The position numbers and the translations under genes were made by a program. The notes below the pieces were generated by a model. That model saw only the letters and a program-made list of their open reading frames with translations. It did not search any database and was not told the origin of the DNA. This document shows, one piece after another, positions 14,952 to 15,018 of a DNA stretch of 15,018 nucleotides. Within the stretch, counting starts at the first letter, position 1. Every line of letters starts with the position of its first letter. Origin of the DNA: Armatimonadia bacterium (GTDB lineage: Bacteria; Armatimonadota; Zipacnadia; Zipacnadales; UBA11051); assembly GCA_039683575.1 (NCBI GenBank), contig JBDKRC010000045.1, positions 1 through 15,018 on the forward strand, read 5' to 3'.

Positions 14952-15018
14952 CATGCGCCCACTCCTTGTCCACGAAGGCTGGGGGGATTATAGCAGGCGG
15001 TGTGAGAGGGTGACAAGA
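14952..15018. repeat. Exact 67-bp duplicate of 14744..14810 (promoter + RBS + ATG), running to the window edge
   Basis: Base-for-base identity, offset 208 bp. Confidence 0.95.

Noticed and set aside
14733-14954. 73-aa ORF as a genuine gene
   Set aside because: Its start signals exist only because of the duplication, it reads through a REP, and it is not protein-like.

Overview
This is a GC-rich bacterial window in which all supportable genes lie on the minus strand. Right to left: a duplicated sigma70 promoter, a CBS-pair protein, an ArsB/NhaD-type permease, REP-like palindromes, an HgdC-type acyl-CoA dehydratase activase, a TPR+CAP secreted protein, gmhA, a birA without HTH, a TPR/Ig-like/CE4 polysaccharide deacetylase, a large clan GH-A glycoside hydrolase, a 659-bp intergenic gap, purB, a 94-aa hypothetical protein, an N6/N4 DNA methyltransferase fused to an Mrr-like nuclease domain, and a dense cluster of REP-like palindromes. 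The most notable points are: (1) several REP-like families, two of which show compensatory base changes between distant copies; (2) one family occurs in frame as two copies 87 bp apart in the N-terminus of the glycoside hydrolase; (3) third-codon-position bias switches sharply within purB and around the methyltransferase specificity region; (4) a 67-bp exact duplication at the right edge has a template-switch-like junction that appears to truncate a gene. I found no CRISPR array, RNA gene or transposase. All calls come from reading motifs by eye; no database searches were run.
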